Source: an uncultured bacterium
GTDB lineage: Bacteria > Babelota > Babeliae > Babelales > Vermiphilaceae
Assembly (NCBI GenBank): GCA_963695335.1
Contig: OY968764.1
Location: 288,001 to 352,000 of the forward strand
Reading direction: 5' to 3'
Length of the DNA: 64,000 nt
In this document: in pieces, positions 8,129-19,208 of the stretch
How the letters are laid out: each line of letters starts with the position of its first letter
Numbering within the stretch: the stretch's first letter is position 1
Made by a program: the position numbers and the translations under genes
Notes under the pieces: model-generated
What the model was told of the DNA's origin: nothing
Seen by the model: only the letters and a program-made list of their open reading frames with translations
The model's database searches: none

Positions 8129-10921
8129 TTACACTCGCCCAGCACGTACAGTGATCAACTTATCCGATGCAAGAATATTTTTAACCGCCCTTTTCATATC
8201 ATCAAGCGTAACTTTATTGATCTGTGCAGCACGGTTATTAAAGTAATCAGCAGGAAACTTAAAGCGATCAACATATAAGAATGTTCTTGCCATATCACTG
8301 TTAGATACAAAATTATCAACAAGTGTATTAATAACCGCAGCTTTTGCCTCTTCAAGATCTGTTTCTGTTAATGTATCAACCACTGTATCAATTGTGTTTT
8401 TAATGGCTTTTTCCGCTTCAGCAAGTCTATCAACTGAAACAATAGTACGCACCTGGAACATTCCCGGTTGTTCATCTGTTCCTGCAATCAATGATCCACG
8501 AATCGTATAAAACAGTCCTGTTTGTTCACGTAAATCAAACAAACGAGAACTCATAGAACCCAATACACCGCCACCAAATATTTGATCAAACAATAAATAT
8601 GCATCAAAAAGAGGATCTTTGCGATCAATAGATAACTGCGCTAAACAAAGAACAACTTGATCACGATTAATAGGATAATTAATCTCTTGCTCTGGAGCAG
8701 GAGATAATTGTGGATAATCCAAATCATTAACAACCGATCCCTGCCAATCTCCCAAAACTTTTTCTAATTCTTGCTGTAAATCATAATCATCCAAATCACC
8801 AACAATCGCTATGTGTGCGCCAGAAGGAGAAATAAATTTTCTATAAAGATCCACTAAGTCTTGACGCGTAATTGCTGTAATAGATTCTTCTGTTCCAATA
8901 CCCTGTTTACTGTATGGATGACCTTTATAAATAACTTCACGCACCAGATGACCAACAAAAGAACGCGGTTCATCCCAATATTGTTTAATATCAGTTAACA
9001 GTTGATCACGTACTTTTTCTATTTCTGATTCTGGAAACGTTGCGCGCGTTAAAACTTCTTTGAGTAATTCAAGTCCAAAAACAAAATCAGATTTAAGCAT
9101 TTTTAATGCAACACCACCGGGATACACATCTAATGACATGCCATGTGATTCAATGGCATCTGCAAGTTCTTCACCACTATAGTTTTGAGTTCCTTCAGTC
9201 ATCATATCAGTCATAAAACCATATAATCCCTGTTTATCCTGAGGATCAAAATAAGAACCACGAGCTTTAAGCTCTACTATAATGTTGATTTTAGGAGTCA
9301 TATTATTGTGGTGATACAAAACTTTTAGACCATTTGAAAGATGCACTGTTTTTGGTTGGGGGAAATGGAATTGTGTTGGTAATTGAACTTCAATTGTGTT
9401 TGCATATACTGGCCCACCAACTTCAGTGTCTCGTATCCGTGCAGAAAGAATTGCTTCATCTTCTTTATCTGATTCTTCTTGCAATACCGCCCATTCATCT
9501 TTTTCTGATTGTGGTAACGGTAATACAAAACCTTTATGCATCACAGCAGGACGGAAATATAAACGCACCAATTCTTCTATTTGTGCTTGTAACAACTCTT
9601 CTGGTTGTTCTAAAGAAGTAAATACATAATTTTCATCACCAGTTGCCAAATAAGCTTGCCCAATTGCAAATGCTTGATCATCGCTTGCTTCAAGAAGACT
9701 ATAAAATGCCATTTGCGTTTTTTTAAATCCTCTTTCAAACTCATCGGCGCTCATACCATTCTGCGCAAGATCTTCTAATTCTGCCAACATAATACGTTCA
9801 ATTTCTGAAGCATCTTTTATATTTTTAGGCTCCATGACAATAAAAAAAAGACCGTGATCAAACAAGTTCCAATAACCTGTTGATACACTGGTCACCAACT
9901 GAGTTTCATTAACCAATTTTTTATATAATCGTGAACTTTTTCCTTTACCAAGAGCCCATTCAAAAATATCAAGCGCGGTATCTTTTTTATCAACAGCTCC
10001 TGGAACAACAAATGCATACGCAAGCGTTGGTTGTGCAACTTCACGGTATAATGTTAATGATTTTGATGCAATGTCACGGTGAAAAAAGTTTTCTTTTTTT
10101 CTATATTCTGGATCTTTTGGAATTTCACCAAAATATTGATTCGCAAGTTCTACTACTTCATCGGGATTAACATCACCAACAATAACGAGTGTTGCATTGT
10201 TAGGCTTATAATGTTTCTTGTAAAACGCCAATAAATCTTTACCAGCGACGCTCCATAAATCTTGTTTGTAGCCAATGATTGGAAAATGGTACGGATGCTC
10301 TGAAAAAATCATACTGATCATCTCTTCCATCAAAGAACGGTCATACTGATCTTTGTACAGCTTAAGTTCTTGAATCACCGCTTTCATTTCTGAATTAAGC
10401 ATATCGTCATCAAACAAACAGTTGGTCATGCAGTCAGCAACAACCGGGAACGCTTCACGCCAATGATGAGTTGGGAAACTAAACTGATATCCAGTAAAAT
10501 CATGCGAAGTAAATGCATTACAACTACCAGAAAGTTTATGAACAAGAATGTTAATATCAGATTCAGATAATGTATCAGTACCTTTAAAAATCATATGCTC
10601 AATAAGATGTGCTATACCTTTTTCACCGGTCAATTCATCTTTTGAACCAACGTTGTACCAAATCTGAAACGATACTTTGGGAATTTCATGAGATTCGCGG
10701 ATTAAAATAGTTAATCCGTTGCCTAATACCCTTTTTATTACATGCTGATGGATTGATTTCATAGAACCCCCTGAATCTGTTGGAATATCATCATTGTTGA
10801 CATCACAAAACAACGATGCATTCAAAATAAACAAGCCTATAAGAATTACAGAATACCTAAGAGCGGATAATTTAACAAGATAAGCACGCATACACAGTAC
10901 CTCAATATCAAAGATTTTCAT
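8129..10921 (-). CDS. M16 family zinc metallopeptidase (two-module, PqqL-like)
   Basis: GIAHLIEHMIFKGT (HXXEH), duplicated LxNGL modules; true start may be downstream. Confidence 0.9.
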   Translation of the reverse strand: MKIFDIEVLCMRAYLVKLSALRYSVILIGLFILNASLFCDVNNDDIPTDSGGSMKSIHQHVIKRVLGNGLTILIRESHEIPKVSFQIWYNVGSKDELTGEKGIAHLIEHMIFKGTDTLSESDINILVHKLSGSCNAFTSHDFTGYQFSFPTHHWREAFPVVADCMTNCLFDDDMLNSEMKAVIQELKLYKDQYDRSLMEEMISMIFSEHPYHFPIIGYKQDLWSVAGKDLLAFYKKHYKPNNATLVIVGDVNPDEVVELANQYFGEIPKDPEYRKKENFFHRDIASKSLTLYREVAQPTLAYAFVVPGAVDKKDTALDIFEWALGKGKSSRLYKKLVNETQLVTSVSTGYWNLFDHGLFFIVMEPKNIKDASEIERIMLAELEDLAQNGMSADEFERGFKKTQMAFYSLLEASDDQAFAIGQAYLATGDENYVFTSLEQPEELLQAQIEELVRLYFRPAVMHKGFVLPLPQSEKDEWAVLQEESDKEDEAILSARIRDTEVGGPVYANTIEVQLPTQFHFPQPKTVHLSNGLKVLYHHNNMTPKINIIVELKARGSYFDPQDKQGLYGFMTDMMTEGTQNYSGEELADAIESHGMSLDVYPGGVALKMLKSDFVFGLELLKEVLTRATFPESEIEKVRDQLLTDIKQYWDEPRSFVGHLVREVIYKGHPYSKQGIGTEESITAITRQDLVDLYRKFISPSGAHIAIVGDLDDYDLQQELEKVLGDWQGSVVNDLDYPQLSPAPEQEINYPINRDQVVLCLAQLSIDRKDPLFDAYLLFDQIFGGGVLGSMSSRLFDLREQTGLFYTIRGSLIAGTDEQPGMFQVRTIVSVDRLAEAEKAIKNTIDTVVDTLTETDLEEAKAAVINTLVDNFVSNSDMARTFLYVDRFKFPADYFNNRAAQINKVTLDDMKRAVKNILASDKLITVRAGRV

Positions 10922-11040
10922 CCATTTTTTTTAATAAAAAACAGCATAGCTAAAAACCTCTGGCATTTCAAAGAACATAAAAAAAGGCCCCCGAAAAATT
11001 CAGGAGCCTACAAATATTCATTTCTTATGTATAAAAATTA

Positions 11041-11730
11041 TTATTCTTTTGATGATGAACTCATATCTCTAGAAGTAGATGATTGATTTGGTTCAAAAGA
11101 ATGATATTCATATTCTTGCTGTGGAATTGTACTTGATCCATAATTTGTTTGTCCGAATGATCGAACCCAATCAGTAAATCGACTCCAAAGGCTTTGTTGT
11201 TTTGGCATCATATATCTTGTGCCAGATATTCTTCCTTTTTCCACATCAAGAAGTCGTTTTCTCTCCTGAGCTGCTTTTGCCTTATATTCAGGACTAGCTA
11301 ATATCGCTTCACGGCGGTTAATATCTTTTTGAGACATCTCTTCACCCAGTAAACTTCTCATGTATTCAGGGTGACGACGTACAAACATTCTTTCTTCAAA
11401 TTCTTCTTTGGGCTCATAACCTTCAATAAACTGATTATAATATTCATGACGTGTAGAAATAGGCAAATTTTTCACATAAAATTGACCTTCTCTATGATAT
11501 CCTTCAGGAGCAACTTCACCGACTTTGGAAACAGGTATATTTGCTTCAGATATAGGCTTATATAATTTTTTTCTAAAATTATTTAGACCAAAAACACCAG
11601 GAAAAGGAGAATCTGGACGTAAATTAGACATTTTAGGCGTAAATCTAATATCCTCATCTTTAATTTGACTTCCCTTCACCGTTACGCCAACCGCCCCTAC
11701 CAAAAATAACATTATTGTTACTTTTTTCAT
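11041..11730 (-). CDS. Hypothetical exported protein
   Basis: 229 aa ORF, signal peptide, AAGGGG RBS. Confidence 0.65.
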   Translation of the reverse strand: MKKVTIMLFLVGAVGVTVKGSQIKDEDIRFTPKMSNLRPDSPFPGVFGLNNFRKKLYKPISEANIPVSKVGEVAPEGYHREGQFYVKNLPISTRHEYYNQFIEGYEPKEEFEERMFVRRHPEYMRSLLGEEMSQKDINRREAILASPEYKAKAAQERKRLLDVEKGRISGTRYMMPKQQSLWSRFTDWVRSFGQTNYGSSTIPQQEYEYHSFEPNQSSTSRDMSSSSKE

Positions 11731-11777
11731 AATGACCCCTTTATTAAAATAATAATATAAATCATAATCTTATTCTA

Positions 11778-11805
11778 ATAGTAACATTGCGGGGGGGGCA
11801 GTCAA
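11778..11805 (-). promoter_or_regulatory. Sigma70 promoter with C8 tract in the spacer
   Basis: Minus strand TTGACT-GCCCCCCCCGCAATGT(16 bp)-TACTAT upstream of ORF 11730. Confidence 0.55.
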
Positions 11806-12055
11806 TGGTTTACTACATGGTATAAGAAGAAAAAAGAGAAATAAGCTGCCGAAGAAGTATTTTGAAGAATATGAAATGAGTTAGACTGAAATAAGAAGCC
11901 AATTTTCATATCCTTATTTCAATTTTGAGGCTTATATTGAAATAAGAACAACTTTTTCAATATTTTGGAAAAGAAACATTATTATGTTATTGTATAAAAT
12001 ACAATTTTAAAAAATAATAAGACTTATCTTCAAAAATCAAAAACTCTTGCGCCTT

Positions 12056-13183
12056 ATGCATTTTATCACACAAAATTTTCATCTTATTAATATTTCACCA
12101 CTTTTTCTCATCACCCTCTCGTTTATTATTGGGATTATTTTTCATACACTCCTTATGCCATTATCAATACTTTGTGCAACACTTCTCTGTTTCGTTCCTT
12201 TTTTACAACAACATGCATTCTTCAAACAACTTATACTTTGTTCTTTTTTTATATACGCTGGAGCATGTTTGCATCACAAAGAACTACGTGATTATGATAA
12301 TTTTTACACATTATTTGAGAACAAAAAAATTACCATCACCGGAACGGTTATTGATAAAAATGAAGTGATATCACAGTACAAAAAATTAGACGCTATTACT
12401 GTTGCAATTAATACTATTGCAACAGACCAATTCGCTCAAACAAGCAACAAAACAATGATTTTTTACACAAAAAGCAACACTTCCATCTTTGTGGGCGATA
12501 CAGTCGCATTTTACGACATACTATGCAAACGACCTTCTAGTAATGATTTTCAACGCTATCAGATCAAAGAACAGGTTGTTGCAACAATTTTTGACGATGC
12601 ACCAAAATACAATATAAATCATCACCCAACATGGTCGTTGCGCAACTGGATATGGAAACAAAAAAAGAGACTTTTAGACAGTTTAAAAAATAAGTTTTCT
12701 GATACCTGTTTTCGTTTTTTTACATCACTTTTTTTGGGTAATCGCGCTTGTGTTAAAAATTCACTTGAAGCTACAAATGAACAGTTTAAAATTTGGGGAA
12801 TTTCACACTTTCTTGCACGTTCAGGATTGCATTTGGCACTTTTTCTTCTGATCTGGCACACTATTTTTTGTTTTATTCCCATTCCACTCACAAGCAAACA
12901 ACTCATTGTCACATTACTCAGCTGTACTTATTTTATATTAACGTGGACATCTGCCCCATTCACACGATCATTTGCCCTTTTTATGATTGGTAAATTATGC
13001 TTATTCACCAAAACATCATTTCACTTGCTCCACTATGTAACGCTCGTTTGTTTGTGTTTTTTATTATACTGCCCTCTTTATCTTTTTTTCCTCGATTTTC
13101 AACTCAGTTTTATATTAACTTTTGCACTCGCTTGGTTTAACCAATTATCAGCTCAATACCGCCCACAACAATCAAAATATTGA
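12056..13183 (+). CDS. comEC: ComEC/Rec2-family competence membrane protein (core only)
   Basis: WGISHFLARSGLHL and FQLSF motifs, multiple TM segments; no metallo-beta-lactamase domain. Confidence 0.8.
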   Translation: MHFITQNFHLINISPLFLITLSFIIGIIFHTLLMPLSILCATLLCFVPFLQQHAFFKQLILCSFFIYAGACLHHKELRDYDNFYTLFENKKITITGTVIDKNEVISQYKKLDAITVAINTIATDQFAQTSNKTMIFYTKSNTSIFVGDTVAFYDILCKRPSSNDFQRYQIKEQVVATIFDDAPKYNINHHPTWSLRNWIWKQKKRLLDSLKNKFSDTCFRFFTSLFLGNRACVKNSLEATNEQFKIWGISHFLARSGLHLALFLLIWHTIFCFIPIPLTSKQLIVTLLSCTYFILTWTSAPFTRSFALFMIGKLCLFTKTSFHLLHYVTLVCLCFLLYCPLYLFFLDFQLSFILTFALAWFNQLSAQYRPQQSKY

Positions 13184-13252
13184 TTATTACCACCCTTTTT
13201 GCCTAGCATAAGAACATGTTGGCTCGCATAAAACCAAAAAAGGAGACGCGCA

Positions 13253-14758
13253 ATGTTAAAGTTTATTTCTCGATTATGTAACAAAAAAATACATAATCTC
13301 ATTCTCATCAGTTTATATTTTACGTTAGGAACAAACAGCACAAAAGCGCGTAATACATCATATGACATGCAAAATGAAGCTTCTTGTGAAATGTGCTACT
13401 GTGACTTTTGTAATGAAATCCGCAAAGAAAGCTCAATTAAAACATGCAAAGAAAACTGTACAAAAAAAGCAAAACAGCAACATAACGACAAACATAAAGA
13501 AAATAAAAATATTCCAACCAAGCGCGTCATGATGATATACATGGCAGCGGATAATGATTTACGACCCTTTGCTGCGCGCAACATTCAACAAATGGCAAAC
13601 ATTGGTTCAAATCAAAATATCACCATTGTTGTTCATTTGGATATTCGCATATCAGGCAACAAAAAAATAACACGTCGTTACTTAATTGAAAAAGACCAAG
13701 TGTTGCACATTGACCCTTATAACCCTCTTACGCAACAAATGGATAGCGGAAACCCTGCAACACTCATTTCTTTCTGCGAATGGGCTATTAGAAACTATCC
13801 CGCAGAAGAATATGATCTTATCCTTTGGAATCATGGCACTGGAATTCTTGAACCACCTCATGGAAAAATTATAAACCCTATGGATCTGTTTGTATTCAAT
13901 CCAGCAACTCGTCTTTTTGATCTTGATAGATCAGTTGGTTTTATGGATATTATTGATCACACAGATCAACAATATCGTGGCGTCTGTTGGGATGATTCAA
14001 CAGGAAACTATTTATCTAACAGAAAAATGGAAATTGCCTTACAAACAATATGTCAAAATTATCTTGGTGGTAAAAAGTTTGGCATAATTGGTTTTGATGC
14101 ATGTCTTATGTCGATGATAGAAGTGAGTAGTTTTATTAAAAAATATGCGCACGTAATGGTCAGCTCTGAAGAAGTTGAACTTGGAATGGGATGGAAATAT
14201 GATGAAGTACTTTTCCCATTTCTTAATAATAAATTAGACACCTTCTCTTTTGCTCGTCATATTGTTGCAGCATATGAAAGAACATATCAAACAATCACTA
14301 ATGATTACACCCTGTCTGCAATAAATCTTGATTTTATTAACATGCTTGAACAAAATGTTGATCAAGTTGCAAAAATGCTTATAGAAGGTCTTGATAAACA
14401 AAAAGTTGTGTTTGGGTCCATCATAAAAGAAAGTAAAAACAAACTACTTTGCACACACTTTGATGAACCAACATATATTGATCTTCATCATTTTTATAAA
14501 AATCTTACAACCAATCTGAAAAAGATAGCCGCCACCAACAGCTCACTGCTTAAAAACAATCTCCTTACTAAATTGAACGAAGGCATGCAATTAATCGAAG
14601 AGCTAGTAATTGCAAATGCTACGGGTAAAAACTTAAAAAACGCTCAAGGAATTGCAATATATTTCCCTGAACGTGGCATTCATAATTCATATCAAGAAGC
14701 TGTATTCTTGGCATCTAATGCATGGGGAAGCTTACTCATGCGCTATCTTTTTGGCTAA
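13253..14758 (+). CDS. Clostripain-like cysteine peptidase (C11)
   Basis: MIYMAADNDL, LILWNHGTG (His), GFDACLM (Cys). Confidence 0.88.
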   Translation: MLKFISRLCNKKIHNLILISLYFTLGTNSTKARNTSYDMQNEASCEMCYCDFCNEIRKESSIKTCKENCTKKAKQQHNDKHKENKNIPTKRVMMIYMAADNDLRPFAARNIQQMANIGSNQNITIVVHLDIRISGNKKITRRYLIEKDQVLHIDPYNPLTQQMDSGNPATLISFCEWAIRNYPAEEYDLILWNHGTGILEPPHGKIINPMDLFVFNPATRLFDLDRSVGFMDIIDHTDQQYRGVCWDDSTGNYLSNRKMEIALQTICQNYLGGKKFGIIGFDACLMSMIEVSSFIKKYAHVMVSSEEVELGMGWKYDEVLFPFLNNKLDTFSFARHIVAAYERTYQTITNDYTLSAINLDFINMLEQNVDQVAKMLIEGLDKQKVVFGSIIKESKNKLLCTHFDEPTYIDLHHFYKNLTTNLKKIAATNSSLLKNNLLTKLNEGMQLIEELVIANATGKNLKNAQGIAIYFPERGIHNSYQEAVFLASNAWGSLLMRYLFG

Positions 14759-14823
14759 AAACAATACAGTGCATTGCTTAGTATATTTTGCATATATTAA
14801 GCAATGCACTATTATTAAAAATT

Positions 14824-15396
14824 ATGAATCAAAAAGAAACAAAAAGAGTTTTATTAGAAACATTATACGAGCCATATAAAAAGTGCATGTCATGCCCTCT
14901 TGCAACCCTCGGCAGACAAACCGTTGTCTTTGGAGAAGGCAACCCTGACGCTCAATTTATGATTATCGGAGAAGCACCTGGGCAAAAAGAAGACGAACAA
15001 GGAAGGCCCTTCGTTGGAAGATCTGGCAAGCTCCTGACAAATATATTGACCTCTCTCGGCATAGATAGAAAAGAAATATTCATCACCAACATTGTTAAAT
15101 GTCGCCCTCCTCAAAACCGCAAACCAACTGCACTAGAAAGCAAAACATGCAAAGATATTCTGCTTATTAATCAGATCAATATCATCAAACCAAAAGTCAT
15201 ATGTACCCTTGGATCATCTGCCATAGAAGCTCTCCTTGGAAAACCAATTAAAATGGGTGAAATTCATGGCCAACAGCTTATTTTTGGCGCAAGCATCATC
15301 ATTCCAACCTATCATCCAGCCTATGTTCTGAGAAATCAAAAACTGACAGCTAACTTTAAACATGATATACAAACATCCTATTCTCTTTGTAAATAG
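14824..15396 (+). CDS. Uracil-DNA glycosylase family 4
   Basis: CxxC, GEAPG, GRPFVGRSG, TNIVKCRPP, TYHPA. Confidence 0.93.
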   Translation: MNQKETKRVLLETLYEPYKKCMSCPLATLGRQTVVFGEGNPDAQFMIIGEAPGQKEDEQGRPFVGRSGKLLTNILTSLGIDRKEIFITNIVKCRPPQNRKPTALESKTCKDILLINQINIIKPKVICTLGSSAIEALLGKPIKMGEIHGQQLIFGASIIIPTYHPAYVLRNQKLTANFKHDIQTSYSLCK

Positions 15397-15455
15397 TTGA
15401 ATAAAAACATTTATGTTGCTAAACAGTGTAAAAATACACCAAGAAAACCTCAGGG

Positions 15456-15510
15456 GTGGTGCATAAGTGGTTGATAAGTGGTGCATAAGTGGTTGATAAG
15501 TGGTGCATAA
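15456..15510 (-). repeat. Five tandem 11-mers alternating GTGGTGCATAA / GTGGTTGATAA
   Basis: Direct reading of sequence. Confidence 0.95.
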
Positions 15511-15612
15511 CTTTTTTTGCACTATATTTTTTTACACTCAAATACAGTGATCAGATAGCCATATCCAGAGTTATCATACACAGAAATCCTCACCTAGTCA
15601 TTGTTTTTAGAG

Positions 15613-15656
15613 TTATCCACCAGTTATGCACCACTTATCAACCACTTATGCACCAC
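15613..15656 (+). repeat. Four tandem 11-mers TTATCCACCAG / TTATGCACCAC / TTATCAACCAC / TTATGCACCAC
   Basis: Reverse-complement counterpart of the 15456-15510 array. Confidence 0.95.
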
Positions 15657-15985
15657 CCATTTTAAAAAAATTATATCGACCAGATCGCTCTTTTAGAAGA
15701 AAAAATGGCAAGTTATGCACCACTCACCCCTTCGCCTATTATTATTATATATATATATATTTAATTATAAGATAATAATAACAGGCACCCCTTGCATTTG
15801 TTTTTATTAAAAATCAAAAAAACCAGTTTGCCATTCCTTAAAAACAAGGGAATTACTGTTTTCTATTGCCAGAAAAAAATAATTATAATAAGCTTTGATA
15901 ATAAGCTTTGATAGAATCTTATCAAAAAACGATCTTTTTGGTCGTTGTAAAATTAATTAATATCATCATCACTTTGAGGTTGCTT

Positions 15986-17047
15986 GTGAAACTTGTTGAC
16001 GTAATAGACGAATTAGTTGAAGAGCGTGGATTAAAAAAAGAGTCGTTGGGCGCGATAGTATGCGAAGGTATGCTTGCAGCTTATCAGCGGAAATATCCAG
16101 ATTTAATCCTTAAGGCAGAAGAAGATCCGGTTACGGGTGATCTTGTTGTGCTCGTTCAAAAAACAGTTGTTGCGTCTGTTGAAGATGATTACAATCAAAT
16201 CAGTTTAAAAAAAGCTCGCAATATTAACAAAGACGCTGCTCTAGATGATGTCATCTGGCTTCCTTTTGAGGGAACGATTGGTCGAGTGGAAGTTTTAAGA
16301 GCTCGTCAAGTTATTGCAACTCGCATCAAACAAGTTGAAGCTCAAATTGTTTATGATCAGTTTAAAGATAAACGTGGCCAAATCATTGTTGGCACTATCC
16401 ATAAAGCCGAACGTAACGGAGTATCTGTTAAGTTTGGCGATGTTTATGCATTCTTGCCATATTCTCTCTCTATTCCTGGTGAAAGATTTGCTGTTGGATA
16501 TACCGTTAAAGCATTGTTAAAAGAAGTGTTGCTAGAGCCACAGGGTGATAGCCAGCTTGTTTTAGATCGTGTTTCGCCAGAATTTTTAGAAGCTTTATTT
16601 GCTTTAGAAATTCCAGAAGTCTTTGAGAAGTTAGTTGAAATTAAAAAAATAGTTCGCTCTCCTGGTTATAAATCAAAAGTTGCTGTTTTTTCACACGATA
16701 GAAACATCGATCCTGTTGGTACATGTGTTGGTGTTGGTGGTAGTCGTATAAAGCCTATATTAAAAGAGCTTGGCGGCGAAACAATAGATGTTTTTTTATG
16801 GAGCGACGTTTTACCGTTGTTTGTGAAAAATTCTTTAAAGCCAGCTGTTATTGACCGAGTAGAAATAAGTGCTGACAATACAATTGCTCGTGTTTGGCTT
16901 GCTGAAGACCAAAGACCGTTTGCTATTGGAAAAAGTGGGCAAAATATATCATTAGCTTCTCAAATTACTGGAGTTACTATTCAGTTGATTCGTGAAGATG
17001 GAGAAAAAAAAGAAGAAAGTTCTAATCAAGTGTTAACTGATGATTAA
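15986..17047 (+). CDS. nusA: Transcription termination/antitermination factor NusA
   Basis: S1+KH domains, IDPVGTCVGVGGSRI, AIGKSGQNISLAS; GTG start after GAGG. Confidence 0.95.
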   Translation: MKLVDVIDELVEERGLKKESLGAIVCEGMLAAYQRKYPDLILKAEEDPVTGDLVVLVQKTVVASVEDDYNQISLKKARNINKDAALDDVIWLPFEGTIGRVEVLRARQVIATRIKQVEAQIVYDQFKDKRGQIIVGTIHKAERNGVSVKFGDVYAFLPYSLSIPGERFAVGYTVKALLKEVLLEPQGDSQLVLDRVSPEFLEALFALEIPEVFEKLVEIKKIVRSPGYKSKVAVFSHDRNIDPVGTCVGVGGSRIKPILKELGGETIDVFLWSDVLPLFVKNSLKPAVIDRVEISADNTIARVWLAEDQRPFAIGKSGQNISLASQITGVTIQLIREDGEKKEESSNQVLTDD

Positions 17048-17080
17048 TTTTAGAAAAAAAGAGATAGTTAATTTTTTATT

Positions 17081-19114
17081 ATGCGAATATATGAATTTGC
17101 TCAATTACATAATATTTCAAGCAAAGATCTTGTAGAAAAATTGCAAAAGCAGGGCTTTGATGTAAAAAGCCATATGTCTCTTTTGGATGAAAAAGCACTT
17201 TCTTTTTTGAATAAATCATTTACAAATGCTGATAAAAATGAGCACAAAAATGAACCGTTAAAAGAACCAAAATCTCCTAGTACGATTGAAAAGCCAGTGT
17301 TACAAACTTCACCAGTAAAAGCTCAAAAATCTTTAAAAACTTCTAAAGACAAAAAACAGCAATTTGTTTCTGACAAAAAAGAACATCTTGTAAAAGAGCA
17401 GCAAAAAGAAGTTCCTGTTGAGTTGGTTGTTCGTCAAATGAGTGTATTGGATCTTGCTGATAAAATAAAAAAACCTGTCACTGATATTATTATTACGTTG
17501 CTTAAATGGGGAGTTATGGCAACGAAGAATCAAATTATCCCCGAATCAATGGTTCAGCGACTCGCTGAGCATTATGAAGTTTCTATCATTAAAGCTACTG
17601 ACAAACAAGAAAAAGCAGAAATACGTAGACAATCAACAACTGGCACAGCTCTCGAAAAAAGAGAACCGGTCGTTGTTGTAGTTGGTCACGTTGATCATGG
17701 AAAAACAACGTTGCTTGATTATATCAGAAAAACCCGTGTTGCCTTTAAAGAAAAGGGCGGAATAACACAGCATTTGGGTGCGTATGAAGCAACAACTCCC
17801 CATGGAAATATTGTTTTTTTAGATACTCCTGGCCACGAAGCGTTTGTTAAGATTAGACAACGTGGCATACGTGTTGCAGATATTGTTATTTTGATTGTTG
17901 CAGCTGATGATGGTGTTATGCCTCAAACCGTTGAAGCAATTAAATATGCTCTTTCTTCAAAAGCACCAATCGTTGTTGCGATAAACAAAGTTGATAAAGT
18001 TGATGCAGCTCGCCTTGATGTTGTTAAAAGACAACTCAATCAACATGGTATTACCGTAGAAGATTGGGGCGGAGACGTTATCTGTGTTCCAATTTCAGCA
18101 AAAACAGGTCAAGGTGTTGATCGTTTGCTTGAAATGTTAAGCTTACAAGCTGAAATGATGGAGTTACGAGCAGAAATTAATGTTCCAGCGAGTGGATATA
18201 TTTTAGAATCAAGCATAGAAATAGGGCGTGGTTCTGTTGCGACAGTTATTGCGCAAAATGGAATTTTAAAAGTTGGTGATTACATGTTGTGCGGAAATAC
18301 AACAGGTCACATTAGTTCATTATTCGATTCACATGGCAAACGCGTCAAAGAAGTGCATCCATCGATTCCAGCTCAAGCAGCAGGTTTTGACGGTCGACCA
18401 GAGGCTGGAGATTTTTTTAGAGTTGTATCAAAAGAAGAATATTTAAAAGCACGTTCTACGGGCGGCGAAGCTAAAGTATCTCTTGCTGGTAAACGTTTGA
18501 TGCATGAAAAAGGCATTAATCTTATTGTTAAAGCTGATAATCATTCATCCCTTGAAGCGGTTGTAGAAGAGATTGATCGACTTTCTAAAAAAGTACAAAA
18601 AGGTTTTAATATTTTACGTCAAGATGTTGGTAATATTAATGAGAGTGATGTTGAATTTGCATTCAATTCAGGAGCTCGCATTGTTTGCTTTAATATAAAA
18701 GCTGAATCAAACGCTCAAGAGCTTGCTGATCGTAAAAAAGTAACAATTTTACATTATGGTATTATTTATAAACTTCTTGAAGCTTTACATGCAATTGCTG
18801 AATCAGAAAAAGATATAGAAATGGTTCGCACCAAGATTGGTGAGGCTACCGTTTTACGTGTGTTTGATATTAAAAAAGTTGGTGTTATTGCTGGTGCAGT
18901 TGTGCGCGATGGTAGATTTACTCGCGAAGGTATTCTTGTTATTTGGCGAGGGAAAACAAAAGTTGGAGAAGGTAAAATTTCAAGCTTACAACGTGATAAA
19001 AAATCAGTGAAAGAAGTGCAGACTGGTTTTGAATGTGCATTCATGGTGCATAATTTTGTTGATTGGCAAGAAGATGACCGCGTGGAATGCTTTATTGATA
19101 TTCCAAAAAAATAA
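17081..19114 (+). CDS. infB: Translation initiation factor IF-2
   Basis: [30 protein letters not shown]. Confidence 0.97.
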   Translation: MRIYEFAQLHNISSKDLVEKLQKQGFDVKSHMSLLDEKALSFLNKSFTNADKNEHKNEPLKEPKSPSTIEKPVLQTSPVKAQKSLKTSKDKKQQFVSDKKEHLVKEQQKEVPVELVVRQMSVLDLADKIKKPVTDIIITLLKWGVMATKNQIIPESMVQRLAEHYEVSIIKATDKQEKAEIRRQSTTGTALEKREPVVVVVGHVDHGKTTLLDYIRKTRVAFKEKGGITQHLGAYEATTPHGNIVFLDTPGHEAFVKIRQRGIRVADIVILIVAADDGVMPQTVEAIKYALSSKAPIVVAINKVDKVDAARLDVVKRQLNQHGITVEDWGGDVICVPISAKTGQGVDRLLEMLSLQAEMMELRAEINVPASGYILESSIEIGRGSVATVIAQNGILKVGDYMLCGNTTGHISSLFDSHGKRVKEVHPSIPAQAAGFDGRPEAGDFFRVVSKEEYLKARSTGGEAKVSLAGKRLMHEKGINLIVKADNHSSLEAVVEEIDRLSKKVQKGFNILRQDVGNINESDVEFAFNSGARIVCFNIKAESNAQELADRKKVTILHYGIIYKLLEALHAIAESEKDIEMVRTKIGEATVLRVFDIKKVGVIAGAVVRDGRFTREGILVIWRGKTKVGEGKISSLQRDKKSVKEVQTGFECAFMVHNFVDWQEDDRVECFIDIPKK

Positions 19115-19208
19115 AGAAATTAAATTTTTTGTAAAAATGAAAAAATGTGACGCTATAATTATTATTATGGCGTCTTTTTTAATGGTGAATAAAAGGAGAG
19201 ATATTTGT

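Larger units (their letters stand above)
15456..15780. other. Probable chromosomal replication origin (oriC)
   Basis: Ten 11-mers TTAT(G/C)(C/A)ACCA(C/G) in two inverted arrays plus one lone box, followed by GCC-TATTATTATTA and an AT tract; strand composition changes from C-rich to G-rich here. Confidence 0.8.

Noticed and set aside
15456..15656. 11-bp arrays as a CRISPR array, parS or coding repeat (ORF 15214-15522)
   Set aside because: No unique spacers, no cas genes, no match to the parS palindrome; the ORF is an antisense by-product of the repeat
15885..15913. 13-bp tandem duplication ATAATAAGCTTTG before nusA
   Set aside because: Only two copies, overlapping a likely promoter (TTGCCA-17-TAAGCT); no support for a separate function
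19029..19208. Long PyrG N-terminal extension overlapping infB
   Set aside because: AGGAG RBS precedes ATG 19209, and homology starts after it
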